Origin: Bryobacteraceae bacterium
GTDB taxonomy: Bacteria; Acidobacteriota; Terriglobia; Bryobacterales; Bryobacteraceae
Length of the DNA: 64,000 nucleotides
Direction of reading: 5' to 3'
Assembly (NCBI GenBank): GCA_035484655.1
Contig: DATHOT010000117.1
Span: 16,414 to 80,413 of the forward strand
The notes below the pieces were generated by a model. It was not told the DNA's origin. It saw nothing but the letters and a program-made list of their open reading frames with translations, and made no database searches. Made by a program: the position numbers and the translations under genes. Positions 1-12,151 of the stretch are shown one piece after another. Each line of letters opens with the position of its first letter. The first letter of the stretch is position 1.

Positions 1-1
1 C

Positions 2-1249
2 GTGATCGCACCCTTTGGCGGATCGCCGGCATACAAAGCAGGTCTTCGTCCCGGCGATGTACTGATCCAGATAGACGACAAGCGCACGGACAATCTCTCG
101 ACTTCCGAAATAGCCGACCTGCTGCGCGGACACCGCGGAACGCACGTTCAGGTGACGGTGGGCCGCGAAGGCGCCGAAAAGCCACTGGTATTCGACATCG
201 TTCGCGATGAGATCCCGCGCTATAGTGTCGAAGCGGCGTTCTGGGTTCGCCCTGGCATCGCCTACATGCATGTCTCGCAGTTCAACGAGAATACCAGCCA
301 GGAGATGGAAGACAATTTCAAGAAGCTGGGCGAGAACAACATCAAGGGGCTAATCCTCGATCTGCGCGAAAATCCCGGCGGGCTGCTGAATGAAGGCGTG
401 GCCGTGGCCGGCCATTATCTGCGGAAGGGCGAGGTGGTGGTTTCTCATCGCGGCCGCGCGTCGGCTGAAAAGCCCTACTACGCCCGGGGCAGCGCGAGCG
501 GACAGAATTATCCGATCGTCGTTCTAGTGAATCGCTACTCCGCGTCCGCGGCCGAGATCGTCGCCGGCGCTCTGCAGGATCATGATCGCGCCTGGATTCT
601 GGGCGAGAACACCTTCGGCAAGGGTCTGGTGCAGACGGTGTTTCCGCTTCCCGAGAATACGGGTCTGGCGCTCACAACCGCGCACTACTATACGCCCAGC
701 GGCCGGTTGATCCAGCGCGACTATTCCAACATCTCGTTCCTCGATTACTATTACGGCAAACGGACCGATACCAAGAATTTACAGGATGTGAAGAGCACCG
801 ATAGCGGACGCACGGTCTACGGTGGCGGCGGCATTACGCCCGACGAAAAATACGAGCCGCCCAAGTACAACAAGTTCCAGACCGACATGCTCCGCAAGTA
901 TGAGTTCTTCAACTTCACGGCGAAATATTTTGGCGGGCGCACCAGCGCGCAGCTGCCCAAAGGCTGGGAGCCGGATGCCAGCGTGCTGAACGACTTTCAT
1001 GAGTATCTGTTGAAGCAGGGAACTCCCTTCAGCGAAGCGGAGTGGACCGAAAACATGACCTGGACCAAGCAGCAGTTGAAGAAAGAGATGTACGCCACCG
1101 GGTTCAGCATCGAGGAATCGCAGAAAGTAACTGTCGAGACCGATCCGATGGTGACCAAGGCGATCGATTCGCTGCCGCAGGCGAGGGCGCTGCTCGACAA
1201 ATCGAAAAAGCTGGTCGTCCAGCGAATGAATCGCGACGATCGTCCGTAA
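2..1249 (+). CDS. C-terminal processing peptidase, S41 family (5' end outside window)
   Basis: ORF is open from the window edge. PDZ-like LRPGDVLIQIDD. S41 core DLRENPGGLL and RYSASAAEIVAGALQD. Stop TAA at 1247-1249. Confidence 0.9.
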   Translation: MIAPFGGSPAYKAGLRPGDVLIQIDDKRTDNLSTSEIADLLRGHRGTHVQVTVGREGAEKPLVFDIVRDEIPRYSVEAAFWVRPGIAYMHVSQFNENTSQEMEDNFKKLGENNIKGLILDLRENPGGLLNEGVAVAGHYLRKGEVVVSHRGRASAEKPYYARGSASGQNYPIVVLVNRYSASAAEIVAGALQDHDRAWILGENTFGKGLVQTVFPLPENTGLALTTAHYYTPSGRLIQRDYSNISFLDYYYGKRTDTKNLQDVKSTDSGRTVYGGGGITPDEKYEPPKYNKFQTDMLRKYEFFNFTAKYFGGRTSAQLPKGWEPDASVLNDFHEYLLKQGTPFSEAEWTENMTWTKQQLKKEMYATGFSIEESQKVTVETDPMVTKAIDSLPQARALLDKSKKLVVQRMNRDDRP

Positions 1250-1252
1250 AGT

Positions 1253-3016
1253 TTGACCCACAATTCTTCGCCCCAAATTACCGTCCTGGACGCGGGCGGT
1301 CAATACTGCCATCTCATCGCCAGAAAGATTCGCGACCTGGGCGTGTATGCCGATGTGTGTCCCAGTGATACGCCGGCATCTGAGCTACGCGGCCGCAAGG
1401 GGCTGATAATTTCGGGCGGTCCGGATAGCGTCTATGAAAGCGATAGCTCGCGAATCGATCCAGCCATTCTTTCTCAAGGCGGCGCGGTACTCGGCATCTG
1501 CTATGGCCAGCAGTTAATGGCGCACGAATTGGGTGGTCGTGTTCGAAAAGGCACGAAGGGTGAATATGGCCTGGCCGTCCTGGAAAAAACTCGCCCGCAT
1601 GCGCTTTTTGCGGACCTGAACGGCGGCTCGCAAGTGTGGATGAACCATCGCGACCAAGTCGAGACTGTGCCGGAGGGCTTCGAGGTGCTCGCCAAAACCA
1701 ATACCTGCTCTGTCGCGGCGATGGCGCACCGCGACCGTCCGTTGATGGCTGTTCAATTTCATCCTGAAGTGGTGCATACGCCGCAAGGACACAAGATCCT
1801 GTCGAATTTTGTGTTCGGCGTCTGCCACTGCACTCCGGATTGGGACCCCAAGGATCGCATCCGGCCGCTCGAGGCTGAGATCCGATCTGTTGCAGGCGAT
1901 CGCAGTGTGTTCTTCTTCGTGAGCGGCGGAGTTGACTCGACTGTCGCGTATACGCTGTGCCTTCGGGCTCTCGGCGCGGATCGTGTGTATGGCATTTACG
2001 TCGATACGGGATTGATGCGCGATGGCGAGACAGAGTACGTGCGACGCCTGTTCGCGCAACTGGGAGCAACGGCGTTTCATATCGAGGCCGCCGAAGCCGA
2101 GTTTCTCGGCGCGCTGGCGGGTGTGTGCGATCCCGAGCAGAAGCGGCATATAATCGGCGAGCAGTTCGTCGCTGTTCAGGAGCGGGTCTTGAGCACCGGA
2201 CAATTTCTGGATGGCCGCTGGATACTGGGGCAGGGAACCATCTATCCCGACACCATCGAATCGGGCGGCAGCGCGCGAGCGGACGTCATCAAGACGCATC
2301 ACAACCGCGTTGCCGGTATTCAGAAGCTGATTGACGCCGGCAGGATTATCGAGCCGCTAGCATCCTTTTATAAGGACGAGGTCCGCGAGATTGGCGCCGA
2401 GCTGGGAATCCCCGGCGAGTTTCTGCACCGCCATCCGTTTCCGGGACCCGGTTTAGCGATCCGCTGTTTATGCTCGGAGACCGTCGCTCACGTCACGCGC
2501 CGCGACCCTGGCTGGCTCTTACCGATTCGATCCGTGGGTGTCAAAGGCGATTCCCGCAGCTATCAGTCCGTGCTGGCGCTTGACAACGTGCCTGATGAAG
2601 ATGTCGCTACTGATTTGGTTAACAGCATGCCCGACATCAACCGCGTCGTCGGCCGCGTGCTATCCGAAGAAACCGATATCCCAGAAATGCGATCGAGCCG
2701 CGGCACTCTCACTCCTGAACGGCTCAATCGTTTGCGGCGCGCCGATGCAATCGTGCGGCGGTTATCCGAAGAATGGGGCTTTGATCGCCACGTCTGGCAA
2801 TTCCCCGTGGTGCTAATTCCTCTCGGTGACGGCCGAGATCCGGATTCCATCGTGCTACGGCCCATCCATTCCGTTGATGGAATGACCGCGCAAGTCGTCC
2901 GCATGCCGAATATGCTGATGTGGAGTATTGCTGGTGAACTGTCCCAGATCGACGGCATCTGCGCAGTCTTCTACGACCTTACTCACAAGCCGCCCGGCAC
3001 CATCGAATGGGAGTAG
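1253..3016 (+). CDS. guaA: GMP synthase (glutamine-hydrolysing), long form
   Basis: GATase region ITVLDAGGQYCHLIARKIRDLGVY, nucleophile GICYGQQLM, FHPEVVHT. ATP-PPase P-loop FFVSGGVDSTVA. C-terminal KPPGTIEWE. TTG start 3 nt after the ctp stop; there is no in-frame ATG upstream of the conserved N-terminus. Confidence 0.9.
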   Translation: MTHNSSPQITVLDAGGQYCHLIARKIRDLGVYADVCPSDTPASELRGRKGLIISGGPDSVYESDSSRIDPAILSQGGAVLGICYGQQLMAHELGGRVRKGTKGEYGLAVLEKTRPHALFADLNGGSQVWMNHRDQVETVPEGFEVLAKTNTCSVAAMAHRDRPLMAVQFHPEVVHTPQGHKILSNFVFGVCHCTPDWDPKDRIRPLEAEIRSVAGDRSVFFFVSGGVDSTVAYTLCLRALGADRVYGIYVDTGLMRDGETEYVRRLFAQLGATAFHIEAAEAEFLGALAGVCDPEQKRHIIGEQFVAVQERVLSTGQFLDGRWILGQGTIYPDTIESGGSARADVIKTHHNRVAGIQKLIDAGRIIEPLASFYKDEVREIGAELGIPGEFLHRHPFPGPGLAIRCLCSETVAHVTRRDPGWLLPIRSVGVKGDSRSYQSVLALDNVPDEDVATDLVNSMPDINRVVGRVLSEETDIPEMRSSRGTLTPERLNRLRRADAIVRRLSEEWGFDRHVWQFPVVLIPLGDGRDPDSIVLRPIHSVDGMTAQVVRMPNMLMWSIAGELSQIDGICAVFYDLTHKPPGTIEWE

Positions 3017-3018
3017 CG

Positions 3019-4926
3019 CTAGATTCTGTGGAAGCTTTTCAGAATATCCCGCATTGAGTAACGCAGTGCGATCGGCCGCCCATGCGGACAGCTCATGGGG
3101 CACTCAGTCGCGCCCAATTGCGTCAGCAGCCATTCCATCTTGGCGCCATCGAGCCGCATGTTAATTTTTATGGCGGCCCGGCAGGCGATGCTGGCGGCCA
3201 TTGCGCGGCGCAGATCGCCCATAGATACTTTGCGAAGCTCACTTTCCGCGATTTCCAGGATTTCGAACACAAGCTTCTCGATGTCGCCGGGGCCGACGCC
3301 GGCGGGCGCTCCCTTCACTGCAATGGTGCGCTGTCCGAAAGGCTCGGTATCAAAGCCCGCTCGCTCCAGTTCGCCCGCGATCTGCGCATATTCGATCTGT
3401 TGGCCGGCCGTCAGCTCGATCAGGATCGGCATCAGTAATTGCTGGCGCTCAACGAGGCCGTGAGCCTGTTGGCGCAACACTTGTTCAAACAAAATGCGCT
3501 CGTGCGCCACGTGCTGGTCGATGATCCAGAGGCCGTCGCGGCCGGCGGCGATGATGAAGCTGTCGTGAAGCTGGCCCAGTGGCCGCAGGTCCGCAAGACT
3601 CGCGAGACTTTGGGGCGGCTCGGCCCCCAGCGGCAATGGCCCGTGCGTGTCAGGAACATGTGGCACAGGCGTCCCTGCCTGGTGTGGCACAGGTGTTGCT
3701 TCACTGAAATCAAACCTGGGCGCCGTTGCCGCCCCAGTCTTGAGTGTGAAAACGGGCAGGTCTTCCGCCCGTTCCGTTCCCGCGTCGATGTCCGCGGTCC
3801 CCTCGAAGCGCTGATTCTCGATACGCTGCGTGAAATCGGAAAACGGCAGGTCGGCGGCCGGCTGTGGCTGGGTTGAAACGGGGACGCTGGAGGCGGGGCG
3901 CGCCGCGATCAGCCGGTTGCGAATGGCGTCGCGGACGAAATCATGCACAAAGGTGCCGTGCCGGAAGCGCACTTCGGTCTTGGAGGGGTGCACATTGACG
4001 TCCACTTCCTCGCAATCGCAATCGACAAAGAGCAGCGCGAAAGGGTAACAGGCCGGCGGCATCAGGTTGTGATATGCCGACGAGAGCGCGTGCAGCAAGA
4101 CGCGATCGCGAATCAGCCGTCCATTCACAAACAAAAAAATCGAATTCCGGTTCAGCTTCTGCACCTGCGGCCCGGAGACAAACCCGCGTAGCGCAAACAC
4201 ACGGCTGCCGCGTTCTTCGGCCTCGACGACTTCGAGTTCGCGCTCGACGAAATCAAGATCGATCAGCTCTTCCAGCGTCTGGTTGCCGAATACCTGGTAG
4301 ACTCGTTCGCGCAGCGTTTCAACCGGTGTGACGTCCAGCAATTCGTTCCCGCCATGCCGCAATTGAAACGATTTTTGTGGATGCGCCAGGCTGTAATGCG
4401 TTGCCAACGACGCGATGTGCGCCAGCTCGGTTTGATCGGAGCGCAGAAACTTCTTTCGCGCCGGAACATTGAAGAACAGGTCGCGGACCGTGACCGTAGT
4501 CCCAGCCGGGCCGGGATACTCGTCGCAGCGCAGCAGCTTTCCGCCGTTGATTTCCACCGCAGCGCCAGTGGTCTCGTCCTCCGATCGTGTTTCCAGGACC
4601 AGGCGCGATACCGAAGCGATGGAGGGCAGGGCTTCACCGCGAAAGCCCAGCGTCGCGATCGAAAGGAGGTCACGAACGTCGCTCAGCTTGCTGGTGGCAT
4701 GCCGCTCGAAAGCGAGCAGGGCGTCATCGCGCAACATCCCGCAGCCGTTGTCGGCCACGCGGATGAGCCTGCGGCCGCCGCTTTCTACTTCAATGCGAAG
4801 TTCGGTGGCCCCGGCATCCAGGGAGTTTTCGATCAGTTCTTTGACAACGGAAGCCGGACGCTCGACAACCTCACCAGCGGCAATCTTATTTGCGACCGTA
4901 TCGGACAGGACGCGTATTCGGCCCAC
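3019..4926 (-). CDS. mutL: DNA mismatch repair protein MutL (endonuclease-type)
   Basis: GHKL ATPase N-terminus [28 protein letters not shown]-terminal [14 protein letters not shown] matches the DQHAxxExxxxE endonuclease motif. Confidence 0.95.
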   Translation of the reverse strand: MGRIRVLSDTVANKIAAGEVVERPASVVKELIENSLDAGATELRIEVESGGRRLIRVADNGCGMLRDDALLAFERHATSKLSDVRDLLSIATLGFRGEALPSIASVSRLVLETRSEDETTGAAVEINGGKLLRCDEYPGPAGTTVTVRDLFFNVPARKKFLRSDQTELAHIASLATHYSLAHPQKSFQLRHGGNELLDVTPVETLRERVYQVFGNQTLEELIDLDFVERELEVVEAEERGSRVFALRGFVSGPQVQKLNRNSIFLFVNGRLIRDRVLLHALSSAYHNLMPPACYPFALLFVDCDCEEVDVNVHPSKTEVRFRHGTFVHDFVRDAIRNRLIAARPASSVPVSTQPQPAADLPFSDFTQRIENQRFEGTADIDAGTERAEDLPVFTLKTGAATAPRFDFSEATPVPHQAGTPVPHVPDTHGPLPLGAEPPQSLASLADLRPLGQLHDSFIIAAGRDGLWIIDQHVAHERILFEQVLRQQAHGLVERQQLLMPILIELTAGQQIEYAQIAGELERAGFDTEPFGQRTIAVKGAPAGVGPGDIEKLVFEILEIAESELRKVSMGDLRRAMAASIACRAAIKINMRLDGAKMEWLLTQLGATECPMSCPHGRPIALRYSMRDILKSFHRI

Positions 4927-4931
4927 TTGGG

Positions 4932-6500
<1,569 letters not shown>

Positions 6501-7078
6501 GTCACTGCCGAGAACGGCAGGGGCTCATCATCCTGGAACTGCCGGATGGCGGCCGCTGATTGCCGTTGGTCTTTCTGGGTTCTCAACTTATCTGTCTTAG
6601 TGGCGATCACAACGTACCGCCGGTTATGGAACTCCAACCACTTTTTGAGTTCCAGGTCCTTCTCCATCCAGCCCCGACGCGCGTCGAGAATCAAGAAGCA
6701 AAGCTCCAACGACCTTCGATGTAAAAGGTATTGTTCGATAAGCTGCTTCCACTGGAATGCAACATCCTTCGGGACACGGGCGTATCCGTATCCGGGCAGG
6801 TCGACGAAGTGGAATTGTCCTTCGACCCGGTAAAAATTTATTAACTGCGTGCAGCCGGGCCGAGCGCTCGTGAACGCCAGCCCATTCTGATGGACCAGAC
6901 AATTGAGCAAACTCGACTTGCCAACGTTGCTTCTTCCCAGAAAAGCGATTTCTGGGAGCGTTTCAGCCGGAAACTGATCCGGCCCCGCTGCACTTACTAC
7001 AAATTCGGCATCCATCAGGCCCCTGAATCTGGCGGAGCTGCTGGTCCACGCTCGATGGCGGACACGCCCCAGCCATGC

Positions 7079-9514
7079 CTAATGTGAAATTCGTTCCTCG
7101 CTCGGTCCGCGCACCAGTTCCACTGGCGGCGTCGTGCTGGCCAGCGGCAGCGCAATGATTTCTCTTTCCAGAGCCAGCTTCAACACTTCGTCCATCGAGC
7201 CCACGAAGTGGAGACTCATGTCTTTTCGAACGTTCTCCGGAATATCGGGGAGGTCTTTTTCATTATCCTTCGGAAGGATCAGTTCGTGAATCCCCTGGCG
7301 ATGGGCCGCCAGCACTTTTTCCTTCAACCCGCCGATAGGCAAAACCCGACCGCGCACCGTGATCTCGCCCGTCATTGCGATATTACAGCGAACCGGAATG
7401 TTAGTCAGCGCGCTGCAGATGCTGGTGGCGATCGTAATGCCAGCCGACGGACCGTCCTTGGGAATCGCTCCCTCCGGCACGTGTACATGAATATCCAGGT
7501 TCCGGTAGAAATCCCGCTGCAATCCGAGTAGTTGCGCTCGAGACCTTACGTAGCTCATCGCCGCGTGGGCCGACTCTTGCATGACATCGCCCAGCTTACC
7601 GGTGGTTTGCAGTTTACCCTTACCTTCCATCACCGCGGCTTCGGTGGTCAGAATCGATCCGCCCACTTCGGTCCACGCCAGGCCAACCGTGGCCCCAACC
7701 TCATTCTCCTTGTCGCATTGAAGATCCCGGAATTTCTGCGGGCCCAGGAAATCGCTCGCGGTCTCGGGATTGAGAATCGCTCTAGCGGTCTTTTTCGACG
7801 GTTTCGGCTCGCTTTGGGCGTTGACCACCTTGCGAGCAACTTTGCGGCAGACGTTTCCGATCTCCCGCTCCAGGTTGCGCACGCCAGCTTCGCGTGTGTA
7901 GGACTGGATCAAAGTCTGCAAGCCGTCGTCGGAGAATTCCAGGTCGTCTTTGCCGACGCCGGTCTGCTTCATCTGCTTCGGAACCAGGAATCGTTTCCCA
8001 ATCTCGAGCTTTTCGTGCTCGGTATAGCCGGAGAGCCGGATCACTTCCATGCGATCCTGCAGCGCCGGCGGCACAGTATGCAGCACATTGGCGGTAGCGA
8101 TAAAAAAGACCTGGCTCAAATCGTATTCGACATCCAGGTAGTGATCCATGAACATATAGTTCTGTTCCGGATCGAGGACTTCGAGCAGGGCGGCCGACGG
8201 ATCGCCCCGGAAATCCATCGACATCTTGTCCACTTCATCCAGCATGAAAACCGGATTCCGGGTCCCGGCCTTCTTCATCATTTGAAGAATCTGGCCTGGG
8301 AGAGCTCCGATGTAAGTTCTTCGATGACCGCGAATTTCGGCTTCGTCACGCACGCCACCTAAAGACAGCCGGACAAACTTTCGTCCGGTGGCCTTGGCGA
8401 TCGACATCCCCAGCGAAGTTTTGCCCACGCCGGGAGGGCCGACAAAGCACAGAATCGATCCTTTGGGATTTTGCACCAGGCGACGGACGGCCAGGAACTC
8501 AAGAATTCGCTCCTTGATCTTCTCCAGGCCATAGTGATCGGATTCGAGCACCTGCTGGGCGAATTTCAGATTCCGGATTTCCTTGCTCTTCTTTTTCCAC
8601 GGCACCGCTAGCAGCCAATCCAGATAATTGCGCGAAACCGTGGATTCAGCCGACATGGGCGGCATATTTTCCAGGCGCCGCAGCTCCGCGATGGCCTTCT
8701 CGTGGGCATCTTTGGTCATGCCCGCGGTATCGATTTTCTTCTTCAGCTCGTCGAATTCGCTTTTTTCGCCGCGCCCCAGCTCTTTCTGGATGGCCTTGAT
8801 CTTTTCGTTAAGGTAGTACTCTTTTTGTGCCTTTTCCATCTGGCGCTTCACGCGGCCCTGGATGGTGCGATCGACATTCAGCTTCTCGATTTCGATGTCG
8901 AGCATCTCGGCTACGCGGGTCAGCCGGTCTACCGGATCGAAGATTTCGAGCAGCTCCTGCTTCTCTTCGATGGTCAACTGCAGGTTGGCGCCCACTGTAT
9001 CGGCCAGCTTGCCGGGTTCGTCCACCCGGATAGCCGCAATCATCGTTTCATAGTTCAGATTCTGGCTGAGCTTGACGTATTGCTCGAACAGGCCGGTAAC
9101 GCGCGTAACCAGGGACTCCAGTTGCGGGCCGGCTTCAACCTTGAAGTTGAAGGTTTTCACTACCGCGCGAAAGTAACCTTCGTCTTCGCTGACGGAGATA
9201 ATCTTGCCGCGTTCCACGCCTTCGACAAGAACTTTGATGTTTCCGTCGGGCAGTTTCAGGCTTTGGACGATATTGGCAACGGTTCCAACACTATAGATCT
9301 CATCGGGACGGGGTTCGTCCACTGACGCATCGTGTTGGGTGGTGAGGAAAATCTTCTTGTCCGCAGTCAAAGCTTCTTCCAAAGCCCTGACGCTCGAGTC
9401 CCTTCCGACCACAAATGGGGTCATCATGTACGGGAAGATGACAACATCCCGTATGGGCATCATGGGCAAGCGCTTCGTATCGGATTTTTCTTTGGAGGTA
9501 AGCATTCGGTTCAC
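7079..9514 (-). CDS. lon: ATP-dependent Lon protease (LonA)
   Basis: N-domain [18 protein letters not shown]+ Walker [12 protein letters not shown], protease active-site region [10 protein letters not shown]. Size is 811 aa. Confidence 0.97.
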   Translation of the reverse strand: MNRMLTSKEKSDTKRLPMMPIRDVVIFPYMMTPFVVGRDSSVRALEEALTADKKIFLTTQHDASVDEPRPDEIYSVGTVANIVQSLKLPDGNIKVLVEGVERGKIISVSEDEGYFRAVVKTFNFKVEAGPQLESLVTRVTGLFEQYVKLSQNLNYETMIAAIRVDEPGKLADTVGANLQLTIEEKQELLEIFDPVDRLTRVAEMLDIEIEKLNVDRTIQGRVKRQMEKAQKEYYLNEKIKAIQKELGRGEKSEFDELKKKIDTAGMTKDAHEKAIAELRRLENMPPMSAESTVSRNYLDWLLAVPWKKKSKEIRNLKFAQQVLESDHYGLEKIKERILEFLAVRRLVQNPKGSILCFVGPPGVGKTSLGMSIAKATGRKFVRLSLGGVRDEAEIRGHRRTYIGALPGQILQMMKKAGTRNPVFMLDEVDKMSMDFRGDPSAALLEVLDPEQNYMFMDHYLDVEYDLSQVFFIATANVLHTVPPALQDRMEVIRLSGYTEHEKLEIGKRFLVPKQMKQTGVGKDDLEFSDDGLQTLIQSYTREAGVRNLEREIGNVCRKVARKVVNAQSEPKPSKKTARAILNPETASDFLGPQKFRDLQCDKENEVGATVGLAWTEVGGSILTTEAAVMEGKGKLQTTGKLGDVMQESAHAAMSYVRSRAQLLGLQRDFYRNLDIHVHVPEGAIPKDGPSAGITIATSICSALTNIPVRCNIAMTGEITVRGRVLPIGGLKEKVLAAHRQGIHELILPKDNEKDLPDIPENVRKDMSLHFVGSMDEVLKLALEREIIALPLASTTPPVELVRGPSEERISH

Positions 9515-9591
9515 GAATCCGGAATTCAGCAGTCGGGATCTGGAAGGCGGCCAAACGGGTGCCTTCTTGATTCTGGCCCCGGATTCTCTTT

Positions 9592-10866
9592 CTAGCCAGC
9601 CTTTTCGAGCAAGGCCATATTGATCTTCTGCGTCATGACCATTTCCTTGGTCACCAGGAATTCCCTGACCTTCTTGTAGGATGGCAGATAATACATCAGG
9701 TCCAGCATCAGGTCTTCGAGAATCATGCGCAGGCCCCTCGCACCCACCTTCCGCTCCATGGCGAGCGCCGCAATGGCTTCGAGGGCATCATCATTAAATT
9801 TCAGTCTAACATTTTCAAATTCGAATAGTTTTTGGTACTGCCGGATAATGGCGTTCTTGGGTTTGCTGAGGATCTGCACCAGGGCTTCCTTACTCAAGTC
9901 TTCAAGAACGGCCACCACGGGCATTCGGCCTATGAATTCAGGTATAAAACCAAACTTGATCAGATCGACGGGCTGCACGTTCTCCAGCATGTCGACGTCC
10001 CGGCGGTTCGGACTAGCGCGATGCACGCCTTCGGGGCGGTGTTCTTCCGGGGGGATGAAGCCCATGGATTTAGTGCCGACCCGCTTGGAAATTACCTTCT
10101 CCAGGCCGACAAACGCGCCGCCGCAGATGAACAGAATGTTGGTGGTGTCTACCGGGGTGAACTCCTGGTGCGGATGCTTGCGGCCGCCCTGGGGAGGGAC
10201 ATTGGCGATGGTGCCTTCCAAAATCTTGAGAAGCGCCTGTTGCACGCCTTCGCCCGAGACATCCCGCGTAATTGACGGATTCTCGTCCTTGCGGCCGATC
10301 TTGTCGATTTCGTCGATATAGATGATGCCCTGCTGGCAACGTTGCACGTCCCAATCGGAATTCTGCAGGAGCCGCAGAATGATATTCTCCACATCTTCGC
10401 CCACGTACCCGGCTTCGGTGAGCGTGGTCGCGTCGACGATGGCGAACGGAACATCCAGAATACGGGCCAGTGTCTGAGCCAGCAACGTCTTTCCCGTCCC
10501 AGTCGGCCCAATCAATAGGATGTTGGACTTCGACAGTTCCACCTCGGCGCCACGCTGCTTATTCATCTGAATGCGCTTGTAGTGGTTATAAACTGCGACG
10601 GCCAGCTTCTTCTTGGTGGGATCCTGACCAATGACATACTGGTCCAGGTATTCTTTCAATTCCAATGGCTTAGGGAGCTTGTGCGGCGCCCCATAAGGTT
10701 GATCGTGACGATCGTCTTCCAGGATCGAGTTGCATACGGCGATGCACTCGTCGCAAATGTAAGCTCGGGGGTAATCGTTGGGGGAGGAGATTAACTTACC
10801 GACTACGTCCTGACTTTTATGGCAAAAGGAACAACGCAGCGCGTCGTCGGAACCAGCACGTTTCAC
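9592..10866 (-). CDS. clpX: ATP-dependent Clp protease ATP-binding subunit ClpX
   Basis: Zinc ribbon CSFCHK...CDEC. Walker [16 protein letters not shown] start at 10866. Confidence 0.97.
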   Translation of the reverse strand: MKRAGSDDALRCSFCHKSQDVVGKLISSPNDYPRAYICDECIAVCNSILEDDRHDQPYGAPHKLPKPLELKEYLDQYVIGQDPTKKKLAVAVYNHYKRIQMNKQRGAEVELSKSNILLIGPTGTGKTLLAQTLARILDVPFAIVDATTLTEAGYVGEDVENIILRLLQNSDWDVQRCQQGIIYIDEIDKIGRKDENPSITRDVSGEGVQQALLKILEGTIANVPPQGGRKHPHQEFTPVDTTNILFICGGAFVGLEKVISKRVGTKSMGFIPPEEHRPEGVHRASPNRRDVDMLENVQPVDLIKFGFIPEFIGRMPVVAVLEDLSKEALVQILSKPKNAIIRQYQKLFEFENVRLKFNDDALEAIAALAMERKVGARGLRMILEDLMLDLMYYLPSYKKVREFLVTKEMVMTQKINMALLEKAG

Positions 10867-10929
10867 GCGGATCTCCGTAAACTAAAGGATCTACACTCCA
10901 TCCTGAAATCGGATGCTTCCTGAAACTTC

Positions 10930-10938
10930 ATTATAACA
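10930..10938 (-). promoter_or_regulatory. Candidate extended -10 promoter element (TGTTATAAT) for clpX
   Basis: The minus strand reads TGTTATAAT about 65 nt upstream of the clpX start, inside an AT-rich leader. No good -35 was seen. It overlaps one copy of a direct repeat. Confidence 0.3.
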
Positions 10939-11064
10939 GAAGGCGTCTAAGCGTGCCCTGGAAACTTCATTTTTCACTCCAACACTGGTACTGGTAATAT
11001 TCCCAGCCAACGCCCTAAAAACAGTATATCACTGAAAAATCAGGGACAGTGCGCGAGTTTCCTA

Positions 11065-11527
11065 CCAGCCTGTCGTGTGATCCAGATAATCGCAAGTGTG
11101 CAGCGGCGGCATCGGGTATTCACGCCGGCGGGGACCTTCGTCAACATTGCCCGCTCGGATCGAGCTCACCTTGGGTATTGCCGGCCTTGCCCGAAACCCC
11201 GAGCTCGTGCTCGACAGTGTCGTAGTAGGGTTCGAGCTCGTCTTAGCTGCCCGGCCAATCTTCCAGCGAGAGTCTTTTCGGAATGAAATCTGCGCCGTAG
11301 CGTAGGGTCACCTCCAAGCGCGTCTTGATATCCCTCGGATGGGTCGTGCCTCGCCGCGTGGGCGACCCAGGGCTGGTGCGGCCTGGCCACCAAAGTTGCC
11401 GGACTCTAAGCGTGCACCTGGATAAATCCGGCCATCGACTTCAAACCTGACGAGATTCACGCCAGAGGCAGCATCGCGATGCCGCCCCGCCGCGCCCAAG
11501 CCGATCACGGGCTACATCGACAGGCTT
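11065..11527 (-). pseudogene. Decayed 5' fragment of a GMC-family flavoprotein dehydrogenase (gluconate 2-dehydrogenase large-subunit type)
   Basis: Minus-strand pieces lie in three frames: KPVDVA; VIGLGAAG...GVNLVRFEVDG (FAD GxGxxG plus beta-strand); LRYGADFIPKRLSLEDWPGS*DELEPYYDTVEHELGVSGKAGN, with an in-frame TAA at 11243-11245 where the family has Tyr; then a +1 shift to GNVDEGPRRREYPMPPL. Homology stops near 11065, about 150 aa into a family that I recall as roughly 550-600 aa. Confidence 0.75.
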
Positions 11528-11531
11528 TAGA

Positions 11532-12146
11532 CTAATGGCCATGGCCGTTTCCATAAGCCGACGAACGAAGCGGCTTGATGGCGACGCCCATTTTCTGGTC
11601 TTCAGGCGAAACCGCCAGCCGCGGCCCCGGATAACGGATCAAATCCCAACCTGCGAAGTTACGATTGCCGCCATAGGAAGGATCGCCGAACATCCCTTCC
11701 AGCGCCAGCCGGCGCACGCGGCCGAAGAATGCACGCGCGTCCGGAAATCCGGTGGCCGTGCCGTTGTCCATGGCCGTGAGCACGGCATCTTGCTTGTCGG
11801 GCGGGAGGTCGGCGAAGGCCTTATCCTCGGTACGGCGGGCGAATGCATCGGTCGCATCTATTCCGGCGCTGAACGCGGCCTTCTCCGGCGCCAGATAATC
11901 ACCCAGCGAACGATTGATGTAGACCGCCACGCCGCACTCGGTGGCGCCCGGGCCGAGTTCGTCCTTGGGAATCAGCCGATCGACGAAGGCTTCCAGTGTT
12001 CGAAGCTGCGTCGCCGAGAGGGCCGATTCGGATGCAGTTTGTGCCGCCGAAGTGATGGCAGCAACGGGCACCAGCGCGGCACTCGCGATCACGCTGCGCC
12101 GGGAAATGTTTCCAGTTTGTTGGTCTTGGTCAGCCATCGTCGACAA
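11532..12146 (-). CDS. Gluconate 2-dehydrogenase subunit 3 family protein (Tat signal)
   Basis: Twin-arginine N-terminus NISRRSVIASAALVPVAA. Size is 204 aa. It sits directly upstream of the GMC remnant, the usual partner arrangement. Confidence 0.8.
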   Translation of the reverse strand: MSTMADQDQQTGNISRRSVIASAALVPVAAITSAAQTASESALSATQLRTLEAFVDRLIPKDELGPGATECGVAVYINRSLGDYLAPEKAAFSAGIDATDAFARRTEDKAFADLPPDKQDAVLTAMDNGTATGFPDARAFFGRVRRLALEGMFGDPSYGGNRNFAGWDLIRYPGPRLAVSPEDQKMGVAIKPLRSSAYGNGHGH

Positions 12147-12151
12147 CCTCT

